Assembly: GCA_964016885.1 (NCBI GenBank)
Contig: OZ024742.1
Location: forward strand, 219,480,001 to 219,544,000
Reading direction: 5' to 3'
Length of the DNA: 64,000 nt
Source: Eledone cirrhosa
Lineage: Eukaryota
The stretch's first letter is position 1, and each line of letters opens with the position of its first letter. Positions 40,697-53,693 of the stretch are shown one piece after another. The notes under the pieces are model-generated. The model worked only from the letters and a program-made list of their open reading frames with translations. It did not search any database and had not been told where the DNA came from. Made by a program: the position numbers and the translations under genes.

Positions 40697-41390
40697 TTCG
40701 CTCTACATGGTTGAATACAATAAATGTAATCTGAGTTTTTCGAATATTAATAACAATATTCGATTCGTTTGCAAGTATGCAAAAAAGCCTCATTTTTAAA
40801 GCCATGTCAGTAGAATGAGCCCCTCATTCTTGCTCTTATGTTGGCATGTAAACAGAACTGCAGACACTAATATTTCTGGGTATCACCCTTCATCACTGTC
40901 AGAGCTAGTGAAATATATGATATTTTCTAAAATATACAGTGACTGATTGGCCTGATTTGCATATTAGCTGACTGGCTGATCAGTCAGATCTGCATATTAG
41001 CAGATCCACTGATCAGCCAGATTTGCATATCAGCAGACTGGCCAGTCAGTTTCCTATATACGAGCGATCAATGGCCACATTCAAATAAAAAATTAAAAAA
41101 TGTTCGCTCTACATGTAATCTGAGTTTTTCGAATATTAATAATAATATTCGATTCGTTTGCAATTATGCAAAAAAGCCTCATTTTTAAAGCCATGTCAGT
41201 AGAATGAGCCCCTCGAACTGTACTGATGAAGGGTATGACCCAGAAACATTAGTGTCTGCAGTTCTGTTTACATGCCAACACAAGAGCAAGAATGGCTTTA
41301 AAAATGAGGCTTCTTTGCATAATTGCAAACGAATCAAATATTATTAATATTCAAAAAACTTAGATTTCATTTATTGTATTTATATATATT
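40697..41390. mobile_element. Non-coding hammerhead element (family C): ~1.3 tandem units plus inverted terminal segment
   Basis: 40697-40825 is repeated at 41103-41214; 41215-41390 is an inverted copy; same family as 50700-52180. Confidence 0.8.
41215..41264 (+). ncRNA. Type I minimal hammerhead (family C)
   Basis: gaactgta CTGATGA a gggt atg accc a GAAA cattagtg TC tgcagttc; GUC site at 41254-41256. Confidence 0.85.
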
Positions 41391-41612
41391 GAAAAGGTTT
41401 GAAGCGATGAGTGTATATGAATTTTCATAAAACTGTAAGAATCTCAGCATGGGAATAGCTGTGGACAGCATTTCATGCTTTAGACTCTCTTACTTCGATT
41501 CTCTCCCTCTCTCCATTCTTCCGTTCAATATGTGGTTACATTTTAACCTGACTTTTTGCTATGCACATAGCATTCAGCTGTTTATAGCTACAGTTTTATG
41601 AATATATATATA

Positions 41613-42043
<431 letters not shown>

Positions 42044-42059
42044 GTATGTATATATATAT

Positions 42060-42091
<32 letters not shown>

Positions 42092-42222
42092 GTAAAGTTA
42101 TATTTAAAATTGTTGGGTTACAACTAGTAAATATTTATAACTGATATAAAAGCACTCGACAAATATTTGGAGTATATTTACAATATTAAATAAATGGAAA
42201 ACTATATTTATAAAACCATATT

Positions 42223-42288
42223 TATTTCATTATATATATTTCGGGGATATCATATTAACAATATGCTATGCCTTCATCAGACAAAATA
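42223..42288 (-). ncRNA. Type I hammerhead (family D), sense to the PLE ORF
   Basis: Reverse complement of 46244-46309. Confidence 0.75.
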
Positions 42289-42649
42289 CAATATAAACAG
42301 TTTTATAGATAAATATATTCGACATACCGTAATAAACATCAACTTCATTTGAAGAGGTTTACGCTAGCAGTGAAAATACAGAGAGAAAGAAAGAGAGAAA
42401 GAAAAGAGGGAAAAAAAGAAAGAAAGAAAGACAAAGCGAAGAAAAGGAAGAAAAAGAAGAAAAAGAAAAAGAAGAAATGCATGGAACAAAATAGAGAGAT
42501 GGAAAAATAGATAAAGCGAAGAGCTTCATGTAAAGAGACAGAAAGAGATATATATATAGAGAGAGAGAGGAAATAGAGATAGATACATATATATATATAG
42601 AAAATTAGGTAGTGGGAGGTCATTTTGAGTAAGTGTATCAATGATACAT

Positions 42650-42688
<39 letters not shown>

Positions 42689-43878
42689 GCTCAAGTATTA
42701 ATGTAAGGGAGATATATAGAGAGATATAGAGAGATATATAGAGAGAAAAAAAAATTTTAAAATAGCCAGACATATTCGAGGCGTAGAAAACCCTATGTTT
42801 TAATGTATTAGTATTTATAAAACTTACACTATATTGTAAATATCAGTATTCCTGAATGAAACAAGTATTCACAATGTGTGAAAATTCATTATCTTATGTT
42901 TAGTTTTAAAAAATTCACATGTTTATGTGACAGCTACAAACATCAATGTGAATCCAACTGATTCACTCCGCAAACTCTAGGTTACCGGAAAACATTCTCA
43001 ATGTGGTATAAAAATTTGAGCGTATTATTATTCTTGCGATTACTCTACAAGATTATCTATCAAGCAGAAATAGAGAGCAGATTTCAATATACTAATCGAA
43101 AATATATATTATATTATAAACAAAGATAACAATAATAATAATAATAAGTAAAAATATATAAAAATATAGAATAGAAAACTAAAAAAATATTACGAAAGAA
43201 TATTACATAATAAAAATATTGCATATTAAAAATACTACGTATTAAAAAATATTACGTATTAAAAATTTACATATAAAAATATTAAAAATAAAATAAAAAA
43301 TAAAAATATTATAGAATACTACAATACTAAAAGAATAAAAATAAAAATAAAAATAAAAATAAAAATAAAAATAAAAATAAAAATAAAAATAAAAATAAAA
43401 ATAAAAATAAAAATAAAAATAAAAATAAAAATAAAAATAAAAATAAAAATAAAAATAAAAATAAAAATAAAAATAAAAATAAAAATAAAAATAAAAATGA
43501 AAATAAAAATAAACCACAAAGAACAACCCTTCAAAGTTAATTGACAATATATTGCCAAGTTCATTATAAGACAAAGCCAAAAATTATCTATCAAATCACG
43601 TCTAGCAAAGAATATCGCAAAAAGATTATGATGTCCAATAATGTCTACATATGTTCCTATATTTAATATAGAAGTTTATCTAGTGTAAGGTTAATTCAAA
43701 AAAATTTGGAGCATCGGCTTTTAGGGTAGCTTAATTTTTCATGAGGAATGTTTAGATAAAAATAAAAATAAATAAAATAAAATAAACAATAAAAAGAGTA
43801 AAAAGAGGGAATCAAAGATTTAGGAATCAAAAGATTTATCGGCTAGTTCTCATATAAATATAAATCAAACTAAATATA

Positions 43879-44861
43879 CTACATTTTAAATTTAAATTTA
43901 TATTTAAACGTTGAGTTTAATCTATGTTTGCAACAACTGAATAAATTTGTCCGTAGGTTAAGGGAATTTTTAGATTTTAGTATAAAGAATATCTCCTCTG
44001 CGCAGAGGTCACATGTCTCAGAGGATGAATTAAAAGGAATCCCTCTTGAGACTATATTCCAATCCGTCGAATATCTAACGTTATCTAGCTTAAGTTGCCA
44101 GAGTACCCCTGATAGTGTCGTTGAAGATTTTTTATTTGGATCTGTGAAAGAATTCTTGTGGTTATTATAGCGAAGTTTAAATTCCGTCGATGTGGAACCG
44201 ACGTAGTTAAAAGAATTAGAGTCAGTATTAACATTACAATTGTATACTATATTTTTAACTAAGCAGTTGTTATTTAACGGACATTTAGATCTATCTCTAC
44301 AGTTACATTTATTAACTTGTATATTATTTATGCTATTATCAGTAGGTTTTAAGTTCCTATTATTTATTCTATTAATATTTTGTGCTAAATTTTTGGTGGA
44401 TGAGTAGGTTAATTTAATTGTATGCCTATTGAAGATTGAGTGATACCTATGTGTTCTAGGGAAGCGATTATCAAGAGCTTTGAAAAATAATTTAGCGATG
44501 TGGGTTTTAATGTTTAGTGAGAAAGGGGGGGGGGGGGGGCAAACCAAATTATGTTCCTAGTTCTATTTCTTTTTTGTCCTTTGGAATTATTGTAATGCTT
44601 TCTATTATAGTTGTTAATGTTGTTGCCGTAATTAAAAAAGTTGTTACTTTGTTTAGTTTGTCTATCATTATCTATGTACACAATCTTATCAGCATACCCT
44701 GCCCTAGCTAGTGCATCATTATAGTATTGGGCCTTTTCGTCAAAAATCTTTCTATTCGACGAGATCCTAGAGACACGTTTTTGGACTGAGTTTACTATAG
44801 TGTTTTTGACAGATCTGGGGTGGTTAGAGTTAAAGTTGACATAGTTTAAGTTTTCATTCAA
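43879..44861 (-). pseudogene. PLE RT-thumb/linker + GIY-YIG endonuclease, frameshifted at G15
   Basis: YVNFNSNHP, IIWFAPP|FS, CNCRDRSKCPLNNNC, IVYNC..YVGST.EFKLRYNNHK, CDLC, CKH. Confidence 0.85.
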
Positions 44862-45849
44862 CTGAAAATTGTTTATTTTATTTTATTTATTTTTATTTTT
44901 ATCTAAACATTCCTCATGAAAAATTAAGCTACCCTAAAAGCCGATGCTCCAAATTTTTTTGAATTAACCTTACACTAGATAAACTTCTATATTAAATATA
45001 GGAACATATGTAGACATTATTGGACATCATAATCTTTTTGCGATATTCTTTGCTAGACGTGATTTGATAGATAATTTTTGGCTTTGTCTTATAATGAACT
45101 TGGCAATATATTGTCAATTAACTTTGAAGGGTTGTTCTTTGTGGTTTATTTTTATTTTCATTTTTATTTTTATTTTTATTTTTATTTTTATTTTTATTTT
45201 TATTTTTATTCTTTTAGTATTGTAGTATTCTATAATATTTTTATTTTTTATTTTATTTTTAATATTTTTATATGTAAATTTTTAATACGTAATATTTTTT
45301 AATACGTAGTATTTTTAATATGCAATATTTTTATTATGTAATATTCTTTCGTAATATTTTTTTAGTTTTCTATTCTATATTTTTATATATTTTTACTTAT
45401 TATTATTATTATTGTTATCTTTGTTTATAATATAATATATATTTTCGATTAGTATATTGAAATCTGCTCTCTATTTCTGCTTGATAGATAATCTTGTAGA
45501 GTAATCGCAAGAATAATAATACGCTCAAATTTTTATACCACGTTGAGAATGTTTTCCGGTAACCTAGAGTTTTCGGAGTGAATCAGTTGGATTCACATTG
45601 ATGTTTGTAGCTGTCACATAAACATGTGAATTTTTAAAACTAAACATAAGATAATGAATTTTCTGTTTCATTCAGGAATACTGATATTTACAATATAGTG
45701 TAAGTTTTATAAATACTAATACATTAAAACATAGGGTTTTCTACGCCTCGAATATGTCTGGCTATTTTTAAATTTTTTTTTTCTCTCTCTATATCTCTCT
45801 ATATCTCTCTATATCTCTCTATATATCTCCCTTACATTAATACTTGAGC

Positions 45850-45884
<35 letters not shown>

Positions 45885-46243
45885 ATGTATCATTGATACA
45901 CTTACTTAAAATGACCTCCCACTACCTAATTTTCTATATATATATATATCTATCTCTATTTCCTCTCTCTATATATATATATATCTCTTTCTGTCTCTTT
46001 ACATGAAGCTCTTCGCTTTATCTATTTGTCCATCTCTCTATTTTGTTCCATGCATTTCTTCTTTTTCTTTTTCTTCTTTTTCTTCCTTTTCTTCGCTTTG
46101 TCTTTCTTTCTTTCTTTTTTTCCCTCTTTTCTTTCTCTCTTTCTTTCTCTCTGTATTTTCACTGCTAGCGTAAACCTCTTCAAATGAAGTTGATGTTTAT
46201 TACGGTATGTCGAATATATTTATCTATAAAACTGTTTATATTG

Positions 46244-46309
46244 TATTTTGTCTGATGAAGGCATAGCATATTGTTAATATGATATCCCCGAAATATATAT
46301 AATGAAATA
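46244..46309 (+). ncRNA. Type I hammerhead (family D)
   Basis: tattttgt CTGATGA a ggcatagcatatt gtt aatatgatatcccc GAAA tatata TA atgaaata. Confidence 0.75.
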
Positions 46310-46347
46310 AATATGGTTTTATAAATATAGTTTTCCATTTATTTAAT

Positions 46348-46569
<222 letters not shown>

Positions 46570-46788
46570 TTAGAGCAAACATCACGGACGCTCTATCTCA
46601 AAATTATTTTTGAAAAGCATTAGAAATGCGCAACCGGTAGAACTTAAAACCAAAACTGAATACTAACCAATACTATTACTAATTGTCACTTATTCCTAAT
46701 TAAACTATTTTTCACTGTGAACAATTTGTCAGCATTTTCTTTTCCGTTTACCAATATATATATATATATATAAGCTTTAATATAGATG

Positions 46789-46839
46789 AGATTCTACAGG
46801 ACTAGAACTGTTTCATTCTTTAGAAATCATCAGGAATCT
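46789..46839 (-). ncRNA. Type I hammerhead (family E)
   Basis: Minus strand: agattc CTGATGA t ttc taaa gaa t GAAA cag ttctagtc ctg TA gaatct. Confidence 0.8.
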
Positions 46840-47160
46840 GGGTATCAAAAAATAAGTATGGTATTTATAGGTCTCTTCAAGTGGTAGGAGAGGGTAGGGA
46901 GTGGGATGGGTGTAGGTCATTGGTTGATAGAAAAGGGAATTCATTAAAAGCTAATTCTTCAAAGCTATAGTTTATTTTTAGAGTAACAAAGGCAGAAAGA
47001 ATTCTATAAACAAGTTCAGGATAGGGTGCCACTCCTTATTTTTAAGTTTCTCTTAAGCTAATAGGTGTTTATAAGATCAGTGGGGGTCAGTCATGGTTGA
47101 TGGATTTAAAGGAAAGGGAGATCTTTAAAAGCTATATATATATATATATAGCTATATATA

Positions 47161-48112
47161 GGACTTGTCTATTTCTTCTCACTTTCCGTTGCTTAAACCA
47201 TTTTGTTTGTTACCCTAACGTCCCCTTTATTTACGTGTCCCAACGACTTTTTTTAGCCGTTGTTCGCACCAACCTGAGGCATATGGCCCTTAAAGCGATG
47301 AAATGCCTGGGACGGTTGGAGGGTCACTGATGAAGGACTTACTTTTTCATATGCACCACCATTTGCAACGCGCAGCCATCATTATTATCATATTTACACA
47401 TAATTTTTCTTCTGCTGCCACCCGTCTGTTTCGTTCTTTGTACCTTTACCCTTTCTCGTTCTTTGTACCTTTTACCCTTTCTAGCAGTCTCTCTCTCTGT
47501 TAGCCTCCTCCTCAACTTTCACTCACTCATTCTCTGTCACTACCTCTCCTCCTCCTCTTTCCTCCTCCTCCTTCAAGTTTGACCTGTGTGTAATTCTTTT
47601 CTCGCGCGGTCTTGGTCAAGCTGGTATGGAATTTTTTTCTCTCTCTCTTTCGTCTGCGACTTCACAAAACTTATGTTTACCGAATTCGTAGACCAGACCC
47701 CTCTTCTTCTTCTTCTTCTTCTTCTTCTTCTTCTTCTTCTTCTTCTTCTTCTTCTTCTTTTTCTCCCCCCCCCCCCCCGTTAGACCTGTGCGAAATTCCT
47801 TCCTTGCTCACATTTCAACCAGGTTTGATGGTCTTTTGTCTCTTGTTCACGATTTCACCGAGTTTATATTCATAGAGATCTGGGACTTGTCTATTTCTTC
47901 TCACTTTCCGTTGCTTAAACCATTTTGTTTGTTACCCTAACGTCCCCTTTATTTACGTGTCCCAACGACTTTTTTTAGCCGTTGTTCGCACCAACCTGAG
48001 GCATATGGCCCTTAAAGCAATGAAATGCCTGGGACGGTTGGAGGGTCACTGATGAAGGACTTACTTTTTCATATGCACCACCATTTGCAACGCGCAGCCA
48101 TCATTATTATCA
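47161..48112 (+). mobile_element. Non-coding element with ~230-bp terminal direct repeats (period 722)
   Basis: 47161-47390 equals 47883-48112; tagctatatata on both flanks (possible TSD). Confidence 0.75.
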
Positions 48113-48134
48113 TAGCTATATATATATATATATT

Positions 48135-48204
<70 letters not shown>

Positions 48205-48524
48205 AATTTGTCTGCGGAACAGGTTTGGATTTTGAAATTTAAATTTGTCCAGGTATCACGGCTATTGCCAATATGGGTTTGTTTTTATTGATTTATTATT
48301 TTAAGTCGAGACAGGCAAACTATATTAATCTAATTAGTATTTTTCAATCTAGCTAACTTGGTCGTTTACAATGCAAACGCTTATATGTTCATATTGGTGT
48401 TTATCATATATTAATTTATATTAACTTGTATTTCCCGGCTCAGAAATGCTTCTTTCTTTGAGCTAATTAATTGTAAAAGACTGTTTGAGTTTATAACTCT
48501 AAATATAATATATATATATATAAA

Positions 48525-49058
48525 CGGAAAAAATGAAACGAAATTTCATTTCCCACTCTTAGTACGGCTGTTACTTAAATATCATTATGTACACGTACAT
48601 ACATATATGCATACAGACGTACAGTAGTATGCATACACACATATACATACATGCACATATATATATATGTACGTATGGATTCACCGAACATTTATTATAA
48701 TGCTCGGTGTGTTTGTAAACACGTATTGTAAAAACGTATTAAGCGGTAGTGTCCAGCAACCATCGTTGCTCGTTTGTTCAACACTGACAAAGGAACGCTG
48801 TACTAGTTTCAAGCTTATTAGCTATCATCAGCAACGTATACCTTCCTGCCAGATTGTTGAACGTATATACTTACCTTATGCATATTAACGGCTGAGTAGC
48901 CCAATTTGCATAACGAGTGGGTTAATCGGCCGGGTGCACCGAAAACGATAAAGGAAAAAATGAAACGAAATTTCATTTCCACTCTTAGTACGGCTGTTAC
49001 ATATACGTCTATATGCATATATGTATGTACGTGTACATACTTATATTTAAGTAACAGC
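48525..49058. mobile_element. Non-coding hammerhead element (family F), partial tandem plus inverted end
   Basis: 48526-48574 is repeated at ~48953-49000; 49005-49058 inverts 48567-48620. Confidence 0.7.
48795..48837 (-). ncRNA. Type I minimal hammerhead (family F)
   Basis: Minus strand: acgttg CTGATGA t agct aata agct t GAAA ctag TA cagcgt. Confidence 0.85.
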
Positions 49059-49059
49059 G

Positions 49060-50690
49060 ACGGATGAGAAGGGAAGCAGAGGATAGAAGATTCAAGCATG
49101 TTTTGCAGTGTGAGGACTAGGAAAAGGAGGTGTTCAGGATTGTGTTAGAGAAAATTGTGATGTCATTAGAGAGAAGTGTGTCCCGGAATGATAAAAGTGA
49201 GCTTGCCCTCACAAGTGCCAAGAAGAAAGCTGCATGGAAGAGCCATTATGAAAGATTACTAAATGAGGAGAATGCATGGGAAGAAGAGACCCTACCCCAC
49301 GTAGACCCTATAGAGGGACCAGCAGTACAAGTCAGCGGCAGCGTAGTAAGTAAGGCAATCAGAGATATGAAGATAGGGAAGGCAACCGGTCCATCGGGTA
49401 TAGCTGCCAAGATGCTGAAGGCATCTGGGTCGGTAGGTCACACCATAACCACACGTATTGTTAACCAGGTAATACAAGAGAGTGTCATACCAAAGAATTG
49501 GCGCAGAGCATCATTGTCAACTGCTACAAGGGTAAAGGAGATGCACTAGATAGAGGAAACTATAGAGGTATAAAGCTGATAGACTAGGTCATAAAATTAA
49601 CAGAAAGAGATTAGGGACCAGGTAAAACTAGATGAGATGCAGTTTGGGTTTGTGCCAGGAAAAAGCACCACTGATACTATCTTTCCTGTGAGGCAGTTAC
49701 AGGAAAAGTACTTAGCTAAAAGTAAGCCGCTCTACCTTGCATTTGTCGATCTGGAAAAAGCCTTTGACAGAGTGCCCCGTACTATAATCTTGTGGGCTCT
49801 TAGAAAACTAGGAGTAGATGAGTGGCTTGGGAAAGCCATACAAGCCATGTATAGAGGAGCAGTCAGCAAAGTTTGGGTTAACAATGACTATAGCGAGGAA
49901 TTTAGTATACAGGTCGGTGTCCACCAAGGCTCTCAGGCTATAACAGAGAAGTTTAAGACCAGATGCCCATGGGAACTTCTGTATGCGGATGATCTTACAC
50001 TTATAGCTGAATCTATGGCGGAACTAAAGAAGAAATTCCAAACATGGAAGCAGGGACTAGAAAGAAGGGGTCTCAAAGTCAACCTGACAAAGACTAAGGT
50101 CCTCGTACGTAGATGAGAAAACAGAACCCAGATCCCCTCAGGGAAATGGCCTTGCTTAGTATGTAGGAAAGGTGTATGTAGAAATTCCATCCTCCACCCC
50201 AAATGCAAACTATGGGTACACAAGAGATGTAGTGGGATCTCAGGAAGCTTAGTTAGGAGTGTAGGCTTTACATGTAGCAGCTGCACCGGGACAGTAAGTA
50301 GCAAACAGCCACAGGAAGCAAGTATAACCAAATTCTGGGAGGGCTCTGTAGAAACAGTAGACAGCTTCTGTCACCTAGGTCCTAGGTGACAAAATTAGCA
50401 ACGGAGGTGGGTGTTCTGAAAGTACAGTAACCAGGGTAAGAATGGGATGTAAGAAGTTCAGGGAACTACTACCACTGCAAAAGGCTTTTCCCTCAAAATG
50501 AAAGGCAGATTCTATGGTGCATGTATGCGAACAGTAATGTCACATGGTAGTGAGACCTGGGTGCTTTGTGTAGAGACTTGCGTAGATTAGAAAGAAACGA
50601 AGCCTGCATGCACCAATGGATGTGTAATAGTAATATGTGTGAACGACAAAGCATAAACGAATGAGAGAGAGACTGAGCAAAAAGAGGAAC
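49060..50690 (+). mobile_element. RTE-clade LINE, internal fragment
   Basis: ORFs 49130-49549 and 49637-50116 (FVDLEKAFDRV, LYADD). Confidence 0.92.
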
Positions 50691-50998
50691 CCATAAGAGG
50701 AAAATATACAGTGACTTATCGGCCTGATTTGCATATTAACGGACCGGCTGATCAGTCACATCTGCATATTAGCAGACCCACTGATCAGCCAGATTTGCAT
50801 ATCAGCAGATAGGCCAGTCAGTTTCCTGTATGCGAGCGATTAATGGCTGGCTTTGCCATATTCAAATAACTAACAAATAACTTTATCGCTCTACATGGCT
50901 GAATACATTAAATGTAATCTGAGTTTTTTTAATATTAATAATAATATTCGATTTGTTTGCAATTATGCAAACAGCTCTTGTATTGGCATATAAACAGA

Positions 50999-51045
50999 AC
51001 GGCAGACATTAATGTTTCTGGGTGATTCCCCTTCATCAATACCGT
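50999..51045 (-). ncRNA. Hammerhead family C, C3U core variant (UUGAUGA)
   Basis: acggta TTGATGA aggggaatcaccca GAAA cattaatg TC tgccgt. Confidence 0.65.
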
Positions 51046-51313
51046 ATACTGTTTACCTGCCAACTGTCAGAGCTAGTGAAAATATATATTTTCTAAAATA
51101 TACAGTGACTGATCGGCCTGATTTGCATATTAGCAGACCGGCTGATCAGTAAGATCTGCATATTAGCAGACCCACTGAGCAGCCAGATTTGCATATCAGC
51201 AGATAGGCCAGTCGGTTTCATGTATACGAGTGATTAATGGCCGGCTTTGCCATATTCAAATAACTAACAAGTAGCTCTATCGCTCTACATAGCTGAATAC
51301 AAGAGTTTTCGAA

Positions 51314-51728
51314 TCATCATCATCATCACCAATTTACGTCCATTCTTCCACGCCAGCATGGGTTAGACAGGTTGCCCTGTTGTGGGCAACGTCAGGTCAG
51401 GTGACCTTGTCTTGCTCATACGGCAACTGATTTTGGCTTGATTTCTACAGCTGGATGCCCTTCCTAACATCAACCTCATTTACAGTGAGTGCTGGGTGCT
51501 TTTTTCCTATGGCGCTAACACGACCACTTTACAGTGTGGGCTGGGTGATTTTTTCCATGAGACCACCACGATCACTTTGCAGTGGGAGGGGATGGGGGCA
51601 TATTGTCTATATGCTTCAGCTTCAGCTTGTTCCTGTGAGAAGTCGGGTTTTCTGTGTTACTGCGTGACGCCAGAGGTCATGGTCCGGTATCATCGCCTTT
51701 GAGAGGTGCAATTGGGCAAAGTCTGCTT
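51314..51728 (-). mobile_element. RTE LINE 3' end
   Basis: Reverse complement of 16960-17370; (CAT)n at 51314. Confidence 0.85.
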
Positions 51729-51788
51729 TAAAGCCATGTCAGTAGAATGAGCCCCTCATTCTTGCTCTTGTGTTGACATATAAACAGA

Positions 51789-51835
51789 ACGGCAGACACT
51801 AATGTTTCTGGGTGATTCCCCTTCATCAGTACCGT
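51789..51835 (-). ncRNA. Type I minimal hammerhead (family C), intact
   Basis: acggta CTGATGA a ggg gaatca ccc a GAAA cattagtg TC tgccgt. Confidence 0.85.
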
Positions 51836-52220
51836 ATACTGTTTACCTGCCAACTGTCAGAGCTAGTGAAATTATATGATGTTTTCTAAAATATACAGTT
51901 ACTGATCGGCCTGATTTGCATATTAGCAGACTGCCTGATCAGTCAGATCTGCATATTAGCTGACCCACTGATCAGCCAAACTTGCATATCAGCAGATAGG
52001 CCAGTCAGTTTCATGTATACGAGGCATTAATGGCTGGCTTTGCCATATTCAAATAACAAACAAATAGCTTTATCGCTCTACATGGCTGAATACAATAAAT
52101 GTAATCTGAGTTTTTTGAATATTAATAATAATATTCGAAAAACTCAGATTACATTTATTGTATTCAACCATGTAGAGCGGTGATTTAAAAAAAATTTCTT
52201 TATTATATATATATATAATA

Positions 52221-53693
52221 ATGACTCGAAACAGCAAATTACCCACCTTCTACCACCTGGTCAAAACACATAAACAAGGACCCGATTTGAAAATCAGGCC
52301 TATTGTCTCTAGCATGGAGGGCCCACTCTACAAAATATCGTGGCTGCTCTCCACACTACTGAAACCTATTCTACACACACTACCAGCCCACGTCTGCAGC
52401 TCAAAGGAAGTCTTGGAGCGACTACACCATCTGGCGCCCAACACCAGAAAGGACAACGGTTATGCCTTCAGTCTTGATGTGGTCGCCCTTTATACCTCCG
52501 TACCAGCATCCCCAGCTGTCGACCTGTTGACCGAACGAGTTCGAGCATCTAACTTACACTGCTTCGGACTCACACACACGGACATCCACCAACTCCTCTC
52601 CTTCGTTGTGGATAATGCACTCTTCAATTTCCTCGGCCACACGTACAAACAAATCTCTGGGCTACCTATGGGCTCTAGTCTGTCCGGCATACTTGCGATC
52701 TCGTACATGGACCACCTGGAACGCAAGGCACTCAATACCTGCCAACCCAACGCCGTCGCCTTCTACTCCAGATACGTTGATGATATCCTGATACTTACTT
52801 CTTCCCGGGAGATGGCGAATGAAATTCACCAAATCTTCAACGATACTGACCAGCACATCGATTTCACCATCGAACACCCAGGAGAAGACGGGTCACTCGC
52901 CCTCCTCGACTTCCGTATCAACATCTCGGAAGAAGGAGACATAAACACCACCTTCTACCGCAAAGCAGCGTGCAAGGACTTATTTGTGCATTATAACTCA
53001 GCCCTCCCCAACAACGCTAAGAGAGGCTATGTCCTAAATGAACTGACACGGATCACTAACAGATGCAGCGACCCGATGGGTGGTCTCACCCATACCACGC
53101 AATTCCGTAATCTACTCAGATCTAATGGTTATCCCAAGCGACTGATTAACGGAATTAGAGACCCCAGACCCAGTAGACTGACACCCACTAGAAAACTTAA
53201 TATTAGCAGGTGCTTCTTTAAAATCCCCCACCTGAGTGAATATACCACGAACGCCATCCGCAGGGCCATACGGACGGAGGGACTTGACATACATTTGGCC
53301 CACACAGGACCTTCGCTGCGAAGATGCCTCTCCAACAAACCCTACGAGGCAGATGGGACGTGTTCCCTCAGCAACTGCCCGATACGGGGGGCAGATTGCC
53401 TACGCACCTATGTCGTATATAAGATTCAATGCGATAAATGTAACAAGTTTTACATAGGTAGCACCATCCGACCCCTACATGTTCGTATCAAGGAACATAT
53501 CAACACCAACGCATCTTCCTTCCGTAAACATATCCTTAAATGCGGAAACCCACAGGGTAGACCCTTGGTCACAGTCCTAGCGACTGAACGCAGCATCGGA
53601 TCCTTAAGGATAAAGGAAGCACTTGTTATTAAGAACCTCAGACCCCCACTTAACAACCGGGCTGAGAGAAATGAGCTGACATGGCTAACTTAA
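52221..53693 (+). CDS. Penelope-like RT + GIY-YIG polyprotein, uninterrupted 490 aa, probably 5'-truncated
   Basis: LVKTHK, IRPIVS, LDVVALYTSVP, YKQISGLPMGSSLS, YSRYVDDI, VVYKIQCDKCNKFYIGST.R.L..RIKEH. Confidence 0.93.
   Translation: MTRNSKLPTFYHLVKTHKQGPDLKIRPIVSSMEGPLYKISWLLSTLLKPILHTLPAHVCSSKEVLERLHHLAPNTRKDNGYAFSLDVVALYTSVPASPAVDLLTERVRASNLHCFGLTHTDIHQLLSFVVDNALFNFLGHTYKQISGLPMGSSLSGILAISYMDHLERKALNTCQPNAVAFYSRYVDDILILTSSREMANEIHQIFNDTDQHIDFTIEHPGEDGSLALLDFRINISEEGDINTTFYRKAACKDLFVHYNSALPNNAKRGYVLNELTRITNRCSDPMGGLTHTTQFRNLLRSNGYPKRLINGIRDPRPSRLTPTRKLNISRCFFKIPHLSEYTTNAIRRAIRTEGLDIHLAHTGPSLRRCLSNKPYEADGTCSLSNCPIRGADCLRTYVVYKIQCDKCNKFYIGSTIRPLHVRIKEHINTNASSFRKHILKCGNPQGRPLVTVLATERSIGSLRIKEALVIKNLRPPLNNRAERNELTWLT

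Larger units (their letters stand above)
50700..52180 (-). mobile_element. Tandem ~395-410-bp hammerhead units (family C), interrupted by an RTE 3' end
   Basis: aaaatatacagt at 50701, 51095, 51888; short inverted end 52137-52180. Confidence 0.8.

Noticed and set aside
40855-40900. Family C hammerhead on the minus strand
   Set aside because: A deletion removes the 5' strand of helix I and core C3; non-functional
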